NCBI RefSeq assembly: GCF_009914755.1
Contig: NC_060934.1
Direction: 5' to 3' (one strand)
Length of the DNA: 64,000 nucleotides
Origin: the human T2T-CHM13v2.0 reference genome, Homo sapiens
The notes under the pieces are model-generated. The model was given only the letters and a program-made list of their open reading frames with translations. It was not told the DNA's origin and searched no databases. How positions within the stretch are numbered: the first letter of the stretch is position 1; the number at the start of each line of letters is the position of its first letter. The translations under genes were made by a program, and so were the position numbers. Of the stretch, positions 30,831 through 44,620 are shown in pieces.

Positions 30831-31361
30831 GAGCCCCAAACCTATGGGAGTTCTGCCGATGGTGCTATTGGCTTATTGGAACATAGTGGGTTTTTATTGA
30901 AAAGTTGAGGAGGGATGACAGCTATGTTTATCTCTCTTTCACCATTGTCTTAGAAGTCACTTCACCTTTCCTTGGACCTAGTCTGTTAAGAGATAGGGTA
31001 GTTCATTTACCTCCATGCCTTGATAGGTCTATTTAAAATATTTTGTGTTTAAAAAGTTTTCCATATTTTGCAAGGCTGGTGTCAAGCTGCCAGATGTGGG
31101 GACAATGAGCCAAATTGAAAGTTATCAGTCAAGCTCTTACTCCCTGAGACAGTGCGTGCAAGAGGCAGATGAAAATATAGGTTCCAGATCCTCAGTGTTT
31201 CGCTTTTCCCCATGGAATGGCACCAGGCTAGGATTGGATGACAAGCAGTGCAGATGAAGGAGTCGCCTCACTGCTGAGAAGCCATGAAGAAAAGGCTTTT
31301 GCCTTTTTCTGGACCCAGGGGGCCAGAAGAAGGGGTTGGGGGAAAAGGCAGGAGTGGAAAA

Positions 31362-32145
31362 ATATTTTATTTTCAATTGTCAAATAATATTCATTAGATT
31401 TATGGGGTACAATGTGATGTTGCAAAACATGTATACATTATGGAATGTTCAAATCAGGTTAATTGATATATTCATATCTTGAATACTTATCTGTTTTTTT
31501 GATGGTGGTAACATTTTAAATCTGTTCCTTTAGCTGTTTTGAAATATACAATACATTATTATTAATAGTTACCATGCTGTACAGTAGAACACCAGAACTT
31601 ATTCCTGCAGGCTAACTGAAACTTTGTACCCTTTGACCAACTTCTCTCCTTTCCCAGTCCACAAACCCCTCCTAAAGCCCCTCGTTACCACCATTCTACT
31701 CTACTTCCATGAGTTCAACATTTTTAGATTTCACATGGAAGTGAGATTATGCAGTGTTTGCCTCTGTGCCTGGCTTATCTGACTTAGCATCATGTACTCT
31801 AGGTTTATCCATGTTGTTGCAAACAACAGAATTTCCTGTTTTTAAGAGGCTGCATGGTATTCCACTGTGTTTAATACCAATTTTTACAAATCCATCTGTT
31901 GATACACACTTCAATTGTTTCCGTATCTTGGCTATTGTGAGTAATGCTATAATGAACAGGGAAGGGCAGATATCTCTTCTACATACTGATTTTAATTCCT
32001 TTGGATATATACTCAGTAGGGGAATTGCTGGATCCTATGTTAATTCTAACTTTTGTTTTTTTGGGAAACCTCTACACTATTTTCTGAAATGACTGTACTA
32101 ATTGATAGTACCACCACCAGTGCATAAAGCTTCCCTTTTCTCCAC
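31362..32145 (-). mobile_element. L1MA (about MA5-8) 3' end
   Basis: atttatggggtacaatgtgatg...gaaatatacaatacattatt...ctgaaactttgtaccctttgacc. Confidence 0.85.
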
Positions 32146-34028
32146 AAGAAGCGACAGAATTTTGAGTCAGAGTGAAGAAAAGTCAAGGCCTTTGATAAAG
32201 AGGCCTTGGGAGAGGCTCCTGTAAAGTGCCTTGGAACTTCCAATATGGAAGTCTCTAAATGGATTTGGCTGAGCCTGAGTCCTTGACTGCAATTTCCTTC
32301 AGAGAACTGCAGTGCACTGACTATGTACTGGGTCTCGTTGGCAAGTACAGCTTTCCCCCATAAGGCCTGTCAGGCAGAGCCCTGTAATTGCCTGTGGTCA
32401 GGCCTGAAAGATCACACATAGGATTTTGGCTTGGGCCAGACTTGGTAGGTGGGATGCATTAAAAAACAAACAAACAAAAATATTAATTGACCACAGAGTA
32501 ATTGCTATGACACTTTGCAGTTGTAAAATGGTACTTTCTTATGGAAAAAAGCATTACTCATTTGTGGGTATAAATGACACTTAGAATTGCAGGAAGTGAT
32601 GTATAAGTAACCATGTTTGTCATAAAATGTTATATACTGACCTTTCCCCATGCAATTTGCATAGAATTGCTATAGAATCAGGCCTGGAATTAGAACTTGA
32701 ATCCTAAAACCCAAGTCCAGGTTTTTGCTTGTGAATTTAGGCTGCTTTTTGGTAACTGAAGCAGGGATAATTCTTTTTTTTCCCCCTTAGTTTAATGTAT
32801 GTGGTAGCAGAAAAAGCAAGGAATCTTTTGGTCTATACATGTAGCTGATTTTAGTAGGATGTATAGATTTTAGCCTAGAGAAAGATGGGGCTGAGGCTAG
32901 ACAATCTTTTATGATCATTTTCTTCATTCCCATTTGGCTGAAGCTGGAACATTTCTGGTGGCACATCTTCCATGACTTTGTCCTGCTGGGTTTTAAATAA
33001 TTCACATGATTGCCCTCTTACTATTTTTCCTGGAATCTTATTCCACCATGTAATGAAGCTATTAAGGAGTTCTTGACATGATACTCTTATGTTCAATTCT
33101 GGAGAAATTTTCTTTTAGTCAGTTTAACCTCAATAAGGAGATCAATAAGTATAAAAATTAAAAAGCAAGAAAAGAAAGTAGTAGCGAAAAAGGACAGGGG
33201 TAAGGGAGTGGCATTTTGTTTGTTGGGTTGGTTTTGTTTTGGCTGGAGGGGAGGAAGGAATGTAGACGGGTAGTGCCAGGACACATTAAAGGAAAGGAAG
33301 AGTTGAGGAGAGAGAAATAAACATGTCTCTCCGAATGGATCTGAGGAGGCACTAGCAGCCAAGAATCAATAGCAAATTCCCTGTCTAATTTCTTCAGTCT
33401 CCGTGTGAAACAAACCTCAAGGTTCTGATTTTGGTAACTTCCGTGCATGTGGTCCAGTCTCAGGTTGTTAACTTCAAATTGATATTTAACCATTTAAAAA
33501 TCCATTTGTACCTATGTTAATCTGCGTAACAAAAACTGGAACATTAGCACTGGAGAGTTTGGGGAATGGAGCGAGAAAGGTGGTTTTGAATGAGATTTAT
33601 CTCTTCCAAATTTAAAATTGTAACATATCTGTTGCTTTTTTCACCTACAACCACTTCACTCCCTTCCCCTATCCCTGAAAACTCCCTCCTATTCTCAGTT
33701 TTGAAACTGTGAGTTCTCAAGGTACTAGATTTCTACAACTAATAGGAGGCTGGCAGGTAGCACTCAAGAAGGCTCTGTCATTTCCAGAGATTACAAAAAG
33801 CACCAGATTCTTTCCCACTGAACCCATTAGGGTAGTGGGAAGCAGAGTTTCCAGGTGGGTGCCACAAAGGGTAAGGCATCTGATGGCATTCTTGGGGTTT
33901 GCTTGTACAAAGATACTCAGGTGTGGGAGGGATGTTCAATGAAATATTTCTTTATATCACCCCAAACAGCAATGTTTTAAGAGGAATCAAGACGTGTTTC
34001 ATCTTACATCCATTTGATGCCATAGTTT

Positions 34029-34380
34029 TGTTAATGGTGGAAGGTGTCCAGGTTCTTGGCATTTTGAACAAAGAATTGGACAAAATGCACAAACCAAGCA
34101 AGGAAGGAATGAAGGGATTTATTGAAAATGAAAGTACACTCCAGTGTGGGAGCAGGCCCAAGCATAGGAGCTCAAAAGCCCTGTTACGGAATTTTTGGGA
34201 GTTTACCCCCTAGAGGATTCCATCGGTTATTTGGTGTATGCCCTATGTAAATGGAGACGATGAAGTTACAAGGTCATTTACTTGGTCTACGCCCTATGGA
34301 GAGGATATTTCCTGTCACAGCTGAAGTGTGAATCGATTGGCCTTATGTTCCCTGCCTCCAGACCCTATTTTCCCGCCTTT
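34029..34380 (-). mobile_element. ERV1 solo LTR, MER61A-like
   Basis: Reverse complement reads aggcgggaaaatagggtctggaggcagggaacataaggcc...acaggaaatatcctctccatagggcg...ccaagaacctggacaccttccacc..taaca. Confidence 0.88.
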
Positions 34381-34439
34381 TACTCTTTTGTTCACCCTCC
34401 CTCCATCTCCTAGCACAACTAATGTCGTTTTTGGAATAA

Positions 34440-34950
34440 AATTCGAAATCTTTAACAGCAGACTGTGACTGATCTGGCCCTTGCTTGTCTCTCCAGCCTC
34501 ATCTCTGGCCATCTTCCCTGCATACTGTCCACACTGGCCATGAGCAATGTCCTAAAGAGTGGCACATGCCTCCACACCTAAGAGGCCTCCACATGCTGCA
34601 GTTTCCTCGTTTTTACTGTGCTATCCAATACCATCCTCTTTCTCCAATGAAACCTCACTTATTGTATTATTGCTTAATTATCACATCCTCAGAGAAAAGT
34701 TCTGACCACCCTTACTCCCATACTAGATCAGTTTTTCTGTCATAAGTTCTCATAAGATCCTATACGTTTCCCCCAAAGCAATTATAGTTAATCACACTAT
34801 TGCATAACTAAACACGCAGATGTATCTTTTCCTGCTGGAAAGAAAACTTTATGAAGACAGAACCCTGTCTATTTCACTGTCTGGTACCACTGGTCCTTAG
34901 GGCCGTGCTGCTACAGAGTACATAATGCGCAGCTTTTTGTTGGATTAGTC
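34440..34950 (+). mobile_element. L2 3' region
   Basis: gatctggcccttgcttgtctctccagcctcatctct...cacactggcc...tcacatcctcagag...tctgaccacc. Confidence 0.7.
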
Positions 34951-35380
34951 ACTGTATGTTACAACCACATCTGAGAATGAATGGAGAGCAACTGCCCAAA
35001 TTCAAAGACCTTTGTGAGACCATTAAAAATAATTGAATTGAGAAAACAAAGCATTTTCTACATAGAAACATGTGTGCTGCCTTTTTAAGTCATCAAAGAA
35101 ATATTCCAACTGTGTGCTAGTATATTGTTATAATTCCTGTTTATACAACAGAACACCCACACTCCAAACACATAGAATATCTCTACTTAATAGCTACATT
35201 TTCTGTTGTGGATGGTGGACAATTTCTCCTATGCTTCTGTATCTTTTCATATATGTGTCCATATGTGTTTGTGTTTGTGTATATTGTGTGTACGTTTTAT
35301 TTCTAATTCAATCTGTAAACACTAAAAAGGATAAATTTACTTTTTTACAGCAGAAAGTGCACTGTTAAGTAAACTCTATT

Positions 35381-35578
35381 CAGTGGTGTGCTGGGGCTGG
35401 GTTATATTGTCTTGTGAGAGCTGATCGTATGCTCTGATCAACTTTGTCCATTCATGTCAAATATGTAATACGGAGTCAGAAATGGTGGGAGTATTTACAT
35501 CATGAAAAGTGGCCAACACTAGAAATCAGGGCTATTTTTTTTGAGAGTCTGTTGCTAAGCATTTACCAGCAAAAAATG
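35381..35578 (+). mobile_element. MER63A (hAT) MITE
   Basis: cagtggtgtgctgg...ggtgggagtatttaca...aaatcagggct...catttaccagca. Confidence 0.8.
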
Positions 35579-37184
35579 GTTATAATACTAGTTAAGGTTA
35601 ACAATAATTGCCTATGTCTTGAGAAAATTAATAGTTTCTCAGAGTAGTCTACAGTTAATGGATTGGTGTGATATATCAATTAAGAGATCCAAATTCATGT
35701 AGATGTACAGACTGGATTAGATGAGTGAAGGGATTCCCTGTTAGAGATAGGCAAAATTTCTCCACATTCAGAAACTGAATTATTCAAAGATGTGAATACA
35801 GTGAACTGGTAAATTTAAAATCCAGCATTTACAGGTGTCAATTTTAAAAAGAGGCAATGCTAGTAATTTTAGGAGGAGAAATCTATTCCAGAGTTGTTGC
35901 TGGGATAAAAGGACATGGGTATTGTAAAAATATGAGGGAGTAAAAAATATTTGATGGGCTTTTTAATAGGAAGACTCAGGAACTTGAAAATTATGTAAGC
36001 AAAAGCATAAAAATTGCTTAAAATAGTTATTGTACTAAGTCTGCATTGGTGAAGAGCATTCCACACAAAGTGGTAGAGACAGTTGAAAACAATGAATCTA
36101 TTTCAGAAATAGGGTTTTATAATCACAATTTTTAGAAAATGTATGAGTTGGAATTGAAAGTTTAGCCAAGCATGATACTGTAACAACCTAAATCGAACGG
36201 CTAAAGATCCAATAAAAGATGATCAGAGATGAGGTACAGAGCTCAGCCCAAATCTGTGGGATCTGGGGGAAATGATCCCAGTTTCCTGTGATGTCCTCAA
36301 TCCTTGTAGATTTCCTTTCACCTAGACTCTGCTGTACTCACTGCCTGTTTTACCCAAAAGACAGTGAGATTTTGATGCTTCTGGTAGTCATTATCTTCAG
36401 AATGTAGCATCTTTAGCTATTCTCTTTGCTTTCTTTGTGCATAGCATAAAACATGGCTGAAAGTTATGTCAAGTGTGAAAACAGTCATTCTCTGCATCTA
36501 AGTCACATTTCATTATTCTCACCTCCAGTACTAATAATCTCCAGGCACATCCTACCAATGCCTCTTATATATTTTGGTCCTACTGCTGAACAGCTTTAAA
36601 TTTTCAGGCCTGGCTAATTTATACAGACACCCTCTCATGCGATGTTAAAGCAACCACAGCATAGCTCTCCTGGGACTAACTAAAACAATGGGATTTTCTT
36701 TTCTTTTTTTTTTTCTTTCTTTAAATCAAATAGTAGGTCTCAGCCATGCAGGTGGTCCAGCTTTGTTCACTGCTGTGTGTTTTAACTAAGCTTGTTTTTG
36801 AGTCATACTGTAGGTTCCCTGCTGAGTGTTCCTGGGTCCTAAGGTTCTTGCGGGTTCTGAGAGGGCCTCTGTCTTCTCTTATTGGACTCTGTGGTGGATC
36901 CTTCAAAGATTATTGATTTTTAAGGTATTTGGTTTTTATAGACTGATTTAGTTCACACTAATTTCTGAAATCCACCCAAAGTTATTTGTGTTTCTGTCTT
37001 CTGCTTGTGAAACCTTAGTTTTAATATATAAGCACATAATCTGAAGCTAAGAATAAGTGAAAGAAAAAGACCCTTTTTCATTTCATTATTGTTATTATAT
37101 TTTTGTTATTGTGGTTTTAGCTAAAAAATTAGCAGAGAGCTAACCAGAGAAACTTGTGACTTTGTTTTTAGACATTAGGTTGGA

Positions 37185-37770
37185 TGGCAAAGTGAAATGT
37201 GGTCTAGAATAGAGTCTAATCCTGTGTTGCTACCACCTAGCTGAATGACTTTAGCAAGCTACTTCATCGTTTCAGGTGTCTCTTTCTTCATCTGTAAAAT
37301 AAATAACTCTAAAGCTCCTTTTTCTCTAATATTCTATGAAGACATAGCACATAAGTCAGAATACCTTAGAGAGTCTGGAGAGGGAGACACCTGCTCTAGT
37401 CCAGTGAATACTCATATAAGGCTGAAGGAAAGATCAATACATATTAAACTGTCAAAACGTAATGCCTTTATTTTCTCCTAAAAAGGTGTATCATCCATAC
37501 TGTATCCATATATAATGTTACTGCAACAAGGCAAGATAACAGAAAATAGCAGGGGAGATAAAAACAAATCTTACTATTTGTCAGACACTGTGCTGAATGC
37601 TTTGCACATATCATCTTCTTATAATGCAATAGCTTCATGGGGCAGGCATTATTATCACCACCTTACACATGAGCCTTAAAGAGGTTAAGTAATTTGCTTA
37701 ATGTCATGTCACTAGTAAATTATGTATATTGTATTCCAATCCAACTCACTCTGATGTAAATAACACTGCC
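37185..37770. mobile_element. Two MIR fragments (sense about 37185-37310; antisense about 37570-37770)
   Basis: tttcttcatctgtaaaat; gtcagacactgtgctgaatgctttgcacat...agaggttaagtaatttgc. Confidence 0.65.
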
Positions 37771-39077
37771 ACCCCAAGAGGGAAAGAGACTGGTACCATC
37801 CCATATCTTTTGTTAAGTGGCTGGATCTAACACCTGGATAAGTTGATTCTGGATAACTCTATAGTCCAACTCTACAGATTCTGGAGAACTCTATAGTCCA
37901 TCTCAGTATAGACTGCAGGAGATTTTGTTCTGGGACGTGTGAAGGAACCTGGAACTCACATGTATCTTTCAGTAGTGTAGCTCTCTGACTAAATAAGAAA
38001 AATAAATCTTGCTTATATCAGACTGTTGCTATCTGTCCTTTGGGGGAGACAGCATCTCTGCCATGTTCATCAGCAATGTCTCCAAGGCCATGATCCTTCA
38101 ACTCATCATCCAGTTTTCTGAGGAAGTGGAGAGTGAGTGAAGTTGATTGATTGAATGGTCCTGTGCCTAGAAAACAACAAAGTGATTTTAACCCAGAACC
38201 ATGTACTACATTCAGCTCATTGCTAACTGCAAAGACATTCATCTATAAAGTAAACTCACTGGGCTGTTTATTCCTTTTTATTGTTTATACAAAAATATTT
38301 ATTTTTATTTATTTATTTATTTATTGTTTTTTTGTGTGTGTATGTGTGTGTGCATTAAAATGACAATAAACTGGAATTAATGTGCTTACTCTGAACCTAA
38401 AAAGAAGATACTTGGTGGATACTGAGGTAATCTTTATGCTTTACCAGGAGGGTATACACGCTTTGAGTTGTCTGTGAAACACTGGAGTATGTTAAGTTAT
38501 CCATCTATTTTTGGAGTGGTATTCAATGACTAGGCAACCCTTGCTAATGTGATGAAGGCACAGATTCTCCATGTCAGCCAAATCACTCAAGGGAACGTCC
38601 TCTAGAACTTCTAAGCTAAAAGTGACCTGAGGAACACTCTAGTCTAGTTTTACACTGGCCAGGGATGAGATGTTGTGCCCATTGAGAATCTAATACAGGA
38701 CTTTGACCCTCAGTAACAGATATCCCTCTGTATTCATTGGTAATTAGTTTTAAGTTGTAGGAAAACCTCTTGAGCTAGTTTAAGATTAAAATTAAAATAT
38801 ACTTAAAGGTTAAGAGAAGGTCACAATGAGGCAGAAGACAGGTTCTGAGTCTCAGGAAGGAATGGAAGCAGAAAAGGGAAAGGTATTAGGCATGTAGGGA
38901 GCTCCTTGGGCCTCTCACATTTCTGCTTTATATGATCATTTTTGTCATTCTCTGGAGACTAGCTTTTCCCCTACACTCACACTTAATTACATGGTAGAAA
39001 GGGCTGTTCTTTGTGTAGAACAAGAGTAGTTGTTCTATATCAATGAAAGTTTTTCGATTGGCCCAACTTGTATTGGA

Positions 39078-40040
39078 TGTTATGGTAGACTAAATTGTTG
39101 GTTCTAATTTGTCACTTCCTTGTAGAAGAACAATAACATTCACACTGTTGTTATGCCTTTGTGTTGGGTGGATACTATCCTTTGGGCATTGGCATGTGAT
39201 TTGCTTTACTTTGGCTAATGGACTTTAAATGGATATGGCAGAAGCAAAAGTTTTAACTGTGCTCAGACGGTTATCCTTTTATGCTCCAGTGATCTGTCAT
39301 TAGAAGAATGTACTCTACATTGCCACTGTTCCTTCAGCTTGGACCTCAGAGTAAATGTACATGAAGTAGACATAAACCAAATCTGCAACCTGGAACTAAG
39401 CCAGTTTACATAACCCAGACTAAAGTCCTTTTGCAGACCCATAAAATATGAATAAGTACTTGTTGTTGTAATCTTTTGACACTTTGGCATGATGTAATAT
39501 GTAATGTTATTGTGCAATAGTTGACTGATAAAGAAATTGGTACTGAAAGTAAAGTGTTAACGTAACAGATGTCTCAAATCTTGTCTTTAGGACTGTTAGT
39601 AATCGGTGAGAAAACACTGATTTGAAGCTAGGAAAGTGGAAATCCATTTTATGTGGTGGCAAAATATTTGGTAAATCTCTCTCTTACCTGTGGTAAATTG
39701 GAAGACAGAAAATATTCTTAATAAAGTTGAACATTCTGCCAGGTGGTTTAGAAGCTTAATATTGAAAATATTAGTTGATGGCTACTAGGTGAATTTGATA
39801 AGTTACATTAAGAAAAAAACTGAAATCAGGAAAACAATTTGCAAATATAATTGATAAGGAATATATACAGTCCATATATTCTAAGATTTACAAAGTTAAA
39901 AAATAAATCTCTTTATCATTTCAAATATCTGGACATTAAAATGCAAAGTTTTAGGATGAATTCCAAATTGTGGACATTATCTTTAAGACATAGCTTAAGG
40001 GCAAAAGAAAGTCGATGACGTGGTTGTCATACTGTTTGTT
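39078..40040 (+). mobile_element. MLT1 (G/H/I-like) LTR plus internal sequence, interrupted by L1 and resuming at about 42955-43060
   Basis: LTR about 39078-39531 (catgtgatttgcttt..ggctaatgg; cttcagcttggacctcagag; gcaatagttgactgata) followed directly by gaaattggtactg, the MaLR internal start. Confidence 0.7.
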
Positions 40041-40054
40041 AAGAACCTCTGGAA

Positions 40055-42940
40055 TGGGTGTTGAGTTTTATCGAAGGCCTTTTCTGCATTTTTTGAGATA
40101 ATCATGTGGTTTTTGTCATTGGTTCTGTTTATATGATGGATTACGTTTATTGATTTGTGTATGTTGAACCAGCCTTGCATCCCAGGGATGAAGCAGACTT
40201 GATGGTTGGGGTTAATCTTTTTTGATGTGCTGCTGGATTCGGTTTGCCAGTATTTTATTGAGGATTTTCACGTCGATGTTCATCAGGGATATTGGCCTGA
40301 AATTTTCTTTTTTTGTTGTGTTTCTGCCAGGTTTTGGTATCAGGGTGATGCTGACCTGATAAGATGAGTTAGGGAGGAGTCCCTCCTTTTCTATTGTTTG
40401 GAATAGTTTCAGAAGGAATGGTACCAGCTCCTTTCTGTATCTCTGGTAGAATTTGACTGTGAATCTGCCTGGTTCTGGGCTTTTTTTGGTTTGTAGGCTA
40501 TTAATCACTGCCTCAATTTTAGAACTTGTTATTGGTGTACTCAGGGATTCGATTTCTTCCTGGTTTAATCTTGGGAGAGTTTATGTGTCCAGGAATTTAT
40601 CCTTTTCTTCTAGATTTTCTAGTTTATTTGCGCGGAGGTGTTTACAGTATTCTCTGATGGTAGTTTGTATTTCTGCGGGATCAGTGGTGATATCCCCTTT
40701 ATCATTTTTTATTGTGTCTATTTGATTCTCCTCTCTTAAACTAGGTATTGATGGAATGTATCTCAAAATAATAAGAGCTATTTATGAAAAACCCATAGCC
40801 AATGTCATACTGAATGGGCAAAAGCTGGAAGCATTCCCTTTGGAAATCAGCACAAGACAAAAATGCCCTTTCTCACCACTCCTATTCAACATAGTATTGG
40901 AAGTTCTGGCCAGGGCAATCAGGCAAGAGAAAGAAATACAGGGTATTCAAATAGGAAGAGAGGAAGTCATATTGTCTCTGTTTCCTGATGACTGGATTGT
41001 ATATTTAGAAAACCCCATTGTCTCAGCCCAAAATCTCTTTAAGCTGATAACTAACTTCAGCAAAGTCTCCAGATACAAAATCAATGTGCAAAAATCACAA
41101 GCATTCCTATACACCAATAATAAACAGAGAGTCAAATCATGAGTGAACTCCCATTCACAATTGCTACAAAGAGAATAAAATACTCAGGAATACAACTTAC
41201 AAGGGATGTGAATGAAGGACCTCTTCAAGGAGAACTACAAACCACTGCTCAAGGAAATAAGAGAGGACACAAACAAATGGAAAAACATTCCATGTTCATG
41301 GATAGGAAGAATCAATATCGTGACAATGGTCATACTGCCCAAAGCAATTTATAGATTCAATGCTATCCCCATAAATCTACCACTGACTTTCTTCACAGAA
41401 TTAGAAAACACTACTTTAAATTTCATATGGAACCAAAAAAGAGCCTGTATAGCCAAGACAATCCTAAGCAATAAGAACAAAGCTGGAGGCATCGTACTAC
41501 CTGACTTCAAACTATACTACAAGGCTACAGTAAACAAAACAGCATGGTACTGGTATCAAAACAGATATATAGACCAATGGAACAGAACAGAGGCCTCAGA
41601 AATAATGCCACACATCTACAACCATCTGATCTTTGACAAACCTGATAAAAACAAGCAATGGGGAAAGGATTCCCTATTTAATAAATGGCATTGGGAAAAT
41701 TGACTAGCCATGTGCAGAAAACTGAAACAGGATCCCTTCCTTACACCTTATACAAAAATTAATTCAAGACAGATCAAAGACTTAAACGTAAGACCTAAAA
41801 CCATAAAAACTCTAGAACAAAATGTAGGCAATACCGTTCAGGACATAGGCAAGGGAAAAGCCTTCATGTCTAAAACACCAAAAGCAGTGACAACAAAAGC
41901 CAAAATTGACAAATGGGATCTAACGAAACTAAAGAGCTTCCACACAGCAAAAGAAACTATCATCAGATTGAACAGGCAAGCAAAGAATGGGAGAAAATTT
42001 TTGCCATCTATCCATCTGACAAAAGGCTAATATCCAGAATCTACAAAGAACTCAAATTTACAAGAAAAAAACAAACAACCCCATCAAAAAGTGAGTGAAG
42101 GATATGAACAGACACTTCTCAAAAGAAGACATTTATGCAGCCAACAAACATGAAAGAAAGCTCATCATCACTGGTCATTAGAGAAATGCAAATCAAAACC
42201 ACAATGAGATACCATCTCACTCCAGTTAGAATGGCAATCACTAAAAAGTCAGAAAACAACAGATGCTGGAAAGGATGTGGAGAAATAGGAAGACTTCTAC
42301 ACTGTTGGTGGGAGTGTAAATTAGTTCAACCATTGTGGAAGACAGTGTGGTGGTTCCTCAAGGATCTAGAACCAGAAATACCATTTGACCCAGCAATCCC
42401 ATTACTGGGTATATACCCAGAGGATTATAAATCATTCTACTATAAAGACACATGCACACATGTTTATTGCAGTGCTATTCACAATAGCAAAACTTGGAAC
42501 CAACCCAAATGCCAATCAATGATAGACTGGATAAAGAAAATCTGGCACATATGCACCATGGAATACTATGCAGCCATAAAAAAGGATGAGTTCATGTCCT
42601 TTGCAGGGACATGGATGAAGCTGGAAACCATCATTCTCAGCAAAGTAACAAAGTAACATAGGAACAGAAAACAAAATAGACTGCATGTTCTCACTCATAA
42701 GTGGGAGTTGAACGATGAGAAGAACACATGGACACAGGGAGGAGAACATCACACACCCGGGCCTGTAGCGGGGTCGGGGGATAGGGGATGGACAGCATTA
42801 GGAGAAATACCTAAATGTAGATGACAGGTTTGTGGTGCAGCAAACCACCATGGCATGTGTATCCCTATGTAACAAACCTGCACGTTCTGCACATGTATCC
42901 CCAAACATAAAGTGTGAGGATGGATAGATAGATAGATAAA
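40055..42940 (+). mobile_element. L1PA7-like LINE-1 with 5' inversion (40055-about 40735 antisense; about 40736-42940 sense)
   Basis: Perfect 14-bp TSD aagaacctctggaa (40041-40054 and 42941-42954); ORF2 peptides on - strand then + strand in the ORF track; L1PA7-type 3' end; tail decayed to (GATA)n. Confidence 0.96.
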
Positions 42941-44555
42941 AAGAACCTCTGGAAGGATTAAGAAGATACAATGGTAAACTTTTGGCTGAAGAAAAAACAT
43001 TCAGAAGTGTAAAAGGCATGACAACATAGAAACCTGATAAACCCAATGTTTTCTTAATTGCAGATTGAAAACTTTTCTATACAGAGAGAAAATGGGAATC
43101 TCAAAATTACAAATGGCAAAAGGACTTCAAGTGATGTATAAAGGTTCTTTATTTACCAGCTTTCTCCAGCCTTGCTTCCATCAAGTTTGACCTGTGTTTC
43201 TCTGACCCAGAAAACCTGAAAACACAGTTGGATTTCTTGTCCTAGGCCACCTCGTCAAAATCTACACCTTGCTTGATGTGTCTTTCTCTTAGGCCTGAAT
43301 AGATGGTAATACAGTGAGACAAAGAACAGCTGAGATGAGTCACCGACAAGCTTTCAAAAAGGAGATGGCTGTCAGACAGAGGAGACAGAATGCCTCAGCA
43401 TTTTATTGTGTTCATGAAAACTGTCAGAACACCTAGAAAGACATTTAAATAATAATGAGTTCTGGTCAACCAAATGAAAAACAAAAGAAATGTGAGTATC
43501 TTTCTTTTCCTTTCTCTTTAATCATTAAATGTGAAACACATAGAAACATATAGCATTATTGAGAAGGGTCTCATCAAAGTTTTATTTTTCCAAGTCAATT
43601 CCACACTTGATAAAGACATGCTTGGGCACCAGAACAAGCTGGATATAGAGAATAGGCAACAGAATGCTCATGTCTTCATGCCAAGGCTCCACTGGCTTGT
43701 AACTCAGACAAAAGTCAGATGCCAAGGGGCTTCTGCTGGCTCTATCTATAGATACTCAGTAGATGCCAATGCTTAGATCTTAGTGTAGGTATACATATTC
43801 CTTTTATCTCCAAGAGAAAAGAATAGGGATTCATTAAGCTAATCAGAATGAAAATGGTTAGCCACATATAGCATGCTAGACTTGGAGTCAAAAGACCTGT
43901 GCTCTGGGACAAATATAATCTAGCCTATGTAACACACACATACTCTTAAATTTTACTTTTTTTCTCCATTGGTAAAATGGGGAATAATAAGAGGTAAAAC
44001 AAAATGCTTCTGTATTAATCTAACACAGAAAAAATTTCTCATCTTTTATTGCTTCATTTCCTCCATGATTCTCTCGTACTTATTCTGGTTTTACAGTGTA
44101 AGATGCAGCTTATGCTTGGCCCATGTCTGTTGATGTTGACATTCTAGATGCATAAAAAGCACTTCCTCTGGTTCTCCTGTGCTAGATTAGTGAGCAAAGC
44201 AGCCTGTGCTGAAGTCCTCATGGGAGAGGTAAAGATAGACTGAGGGGATAGGCATCATTCTATAGTGTATGTTTTCCAGAAAAACAATCTAAAACCCACC
44301 TATTAGAAATTATGTTCTCCTAAAAGATATTTTTGTTCAATCTTCCACCAGGGACAAGACTAGAATATTCTAGCATGCCTCTTCATTTCTTCTTTTTCTA
44401 TTCATCTTCTACTGTCTGTCAGCCACACATTTTCTTCCTTGACCTAATAAAACAGCCCAGTGACTATGTTTGTTAACTTGAGTTTGCACTTGGAGCCTTT
44501 CCTTCTAGCCAAGAAACATTCCTCTAAGAAATTTTTTAGTGAATAACATTTTCTC

Positions 44556-44620
44556 CATTCCATTCCATTCCATTCCATTCCATTCCATTCCATTCCATTC
44601 CATTCCATTCCATTCCATTC
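44556..44620. repeat. (CATTC)13 perfect pentamer array
   Basis: Thirteen uninterrupted CATTC units, the same unit as human satellite II/III. Confidence 0.97.

Noticed and set aside
34029-34380. Possible p53 site in the MER61-family LTR
   Set aside because: No paired RRRCWWGYYY decamers visible in this copy
40756-42656. Longest ORFs (128-173 aa) with RT and Cys-rich motifs
   Set aside because: Frameshifted pieces of L1 ORF2 in a truncated, inverted element; not a gene
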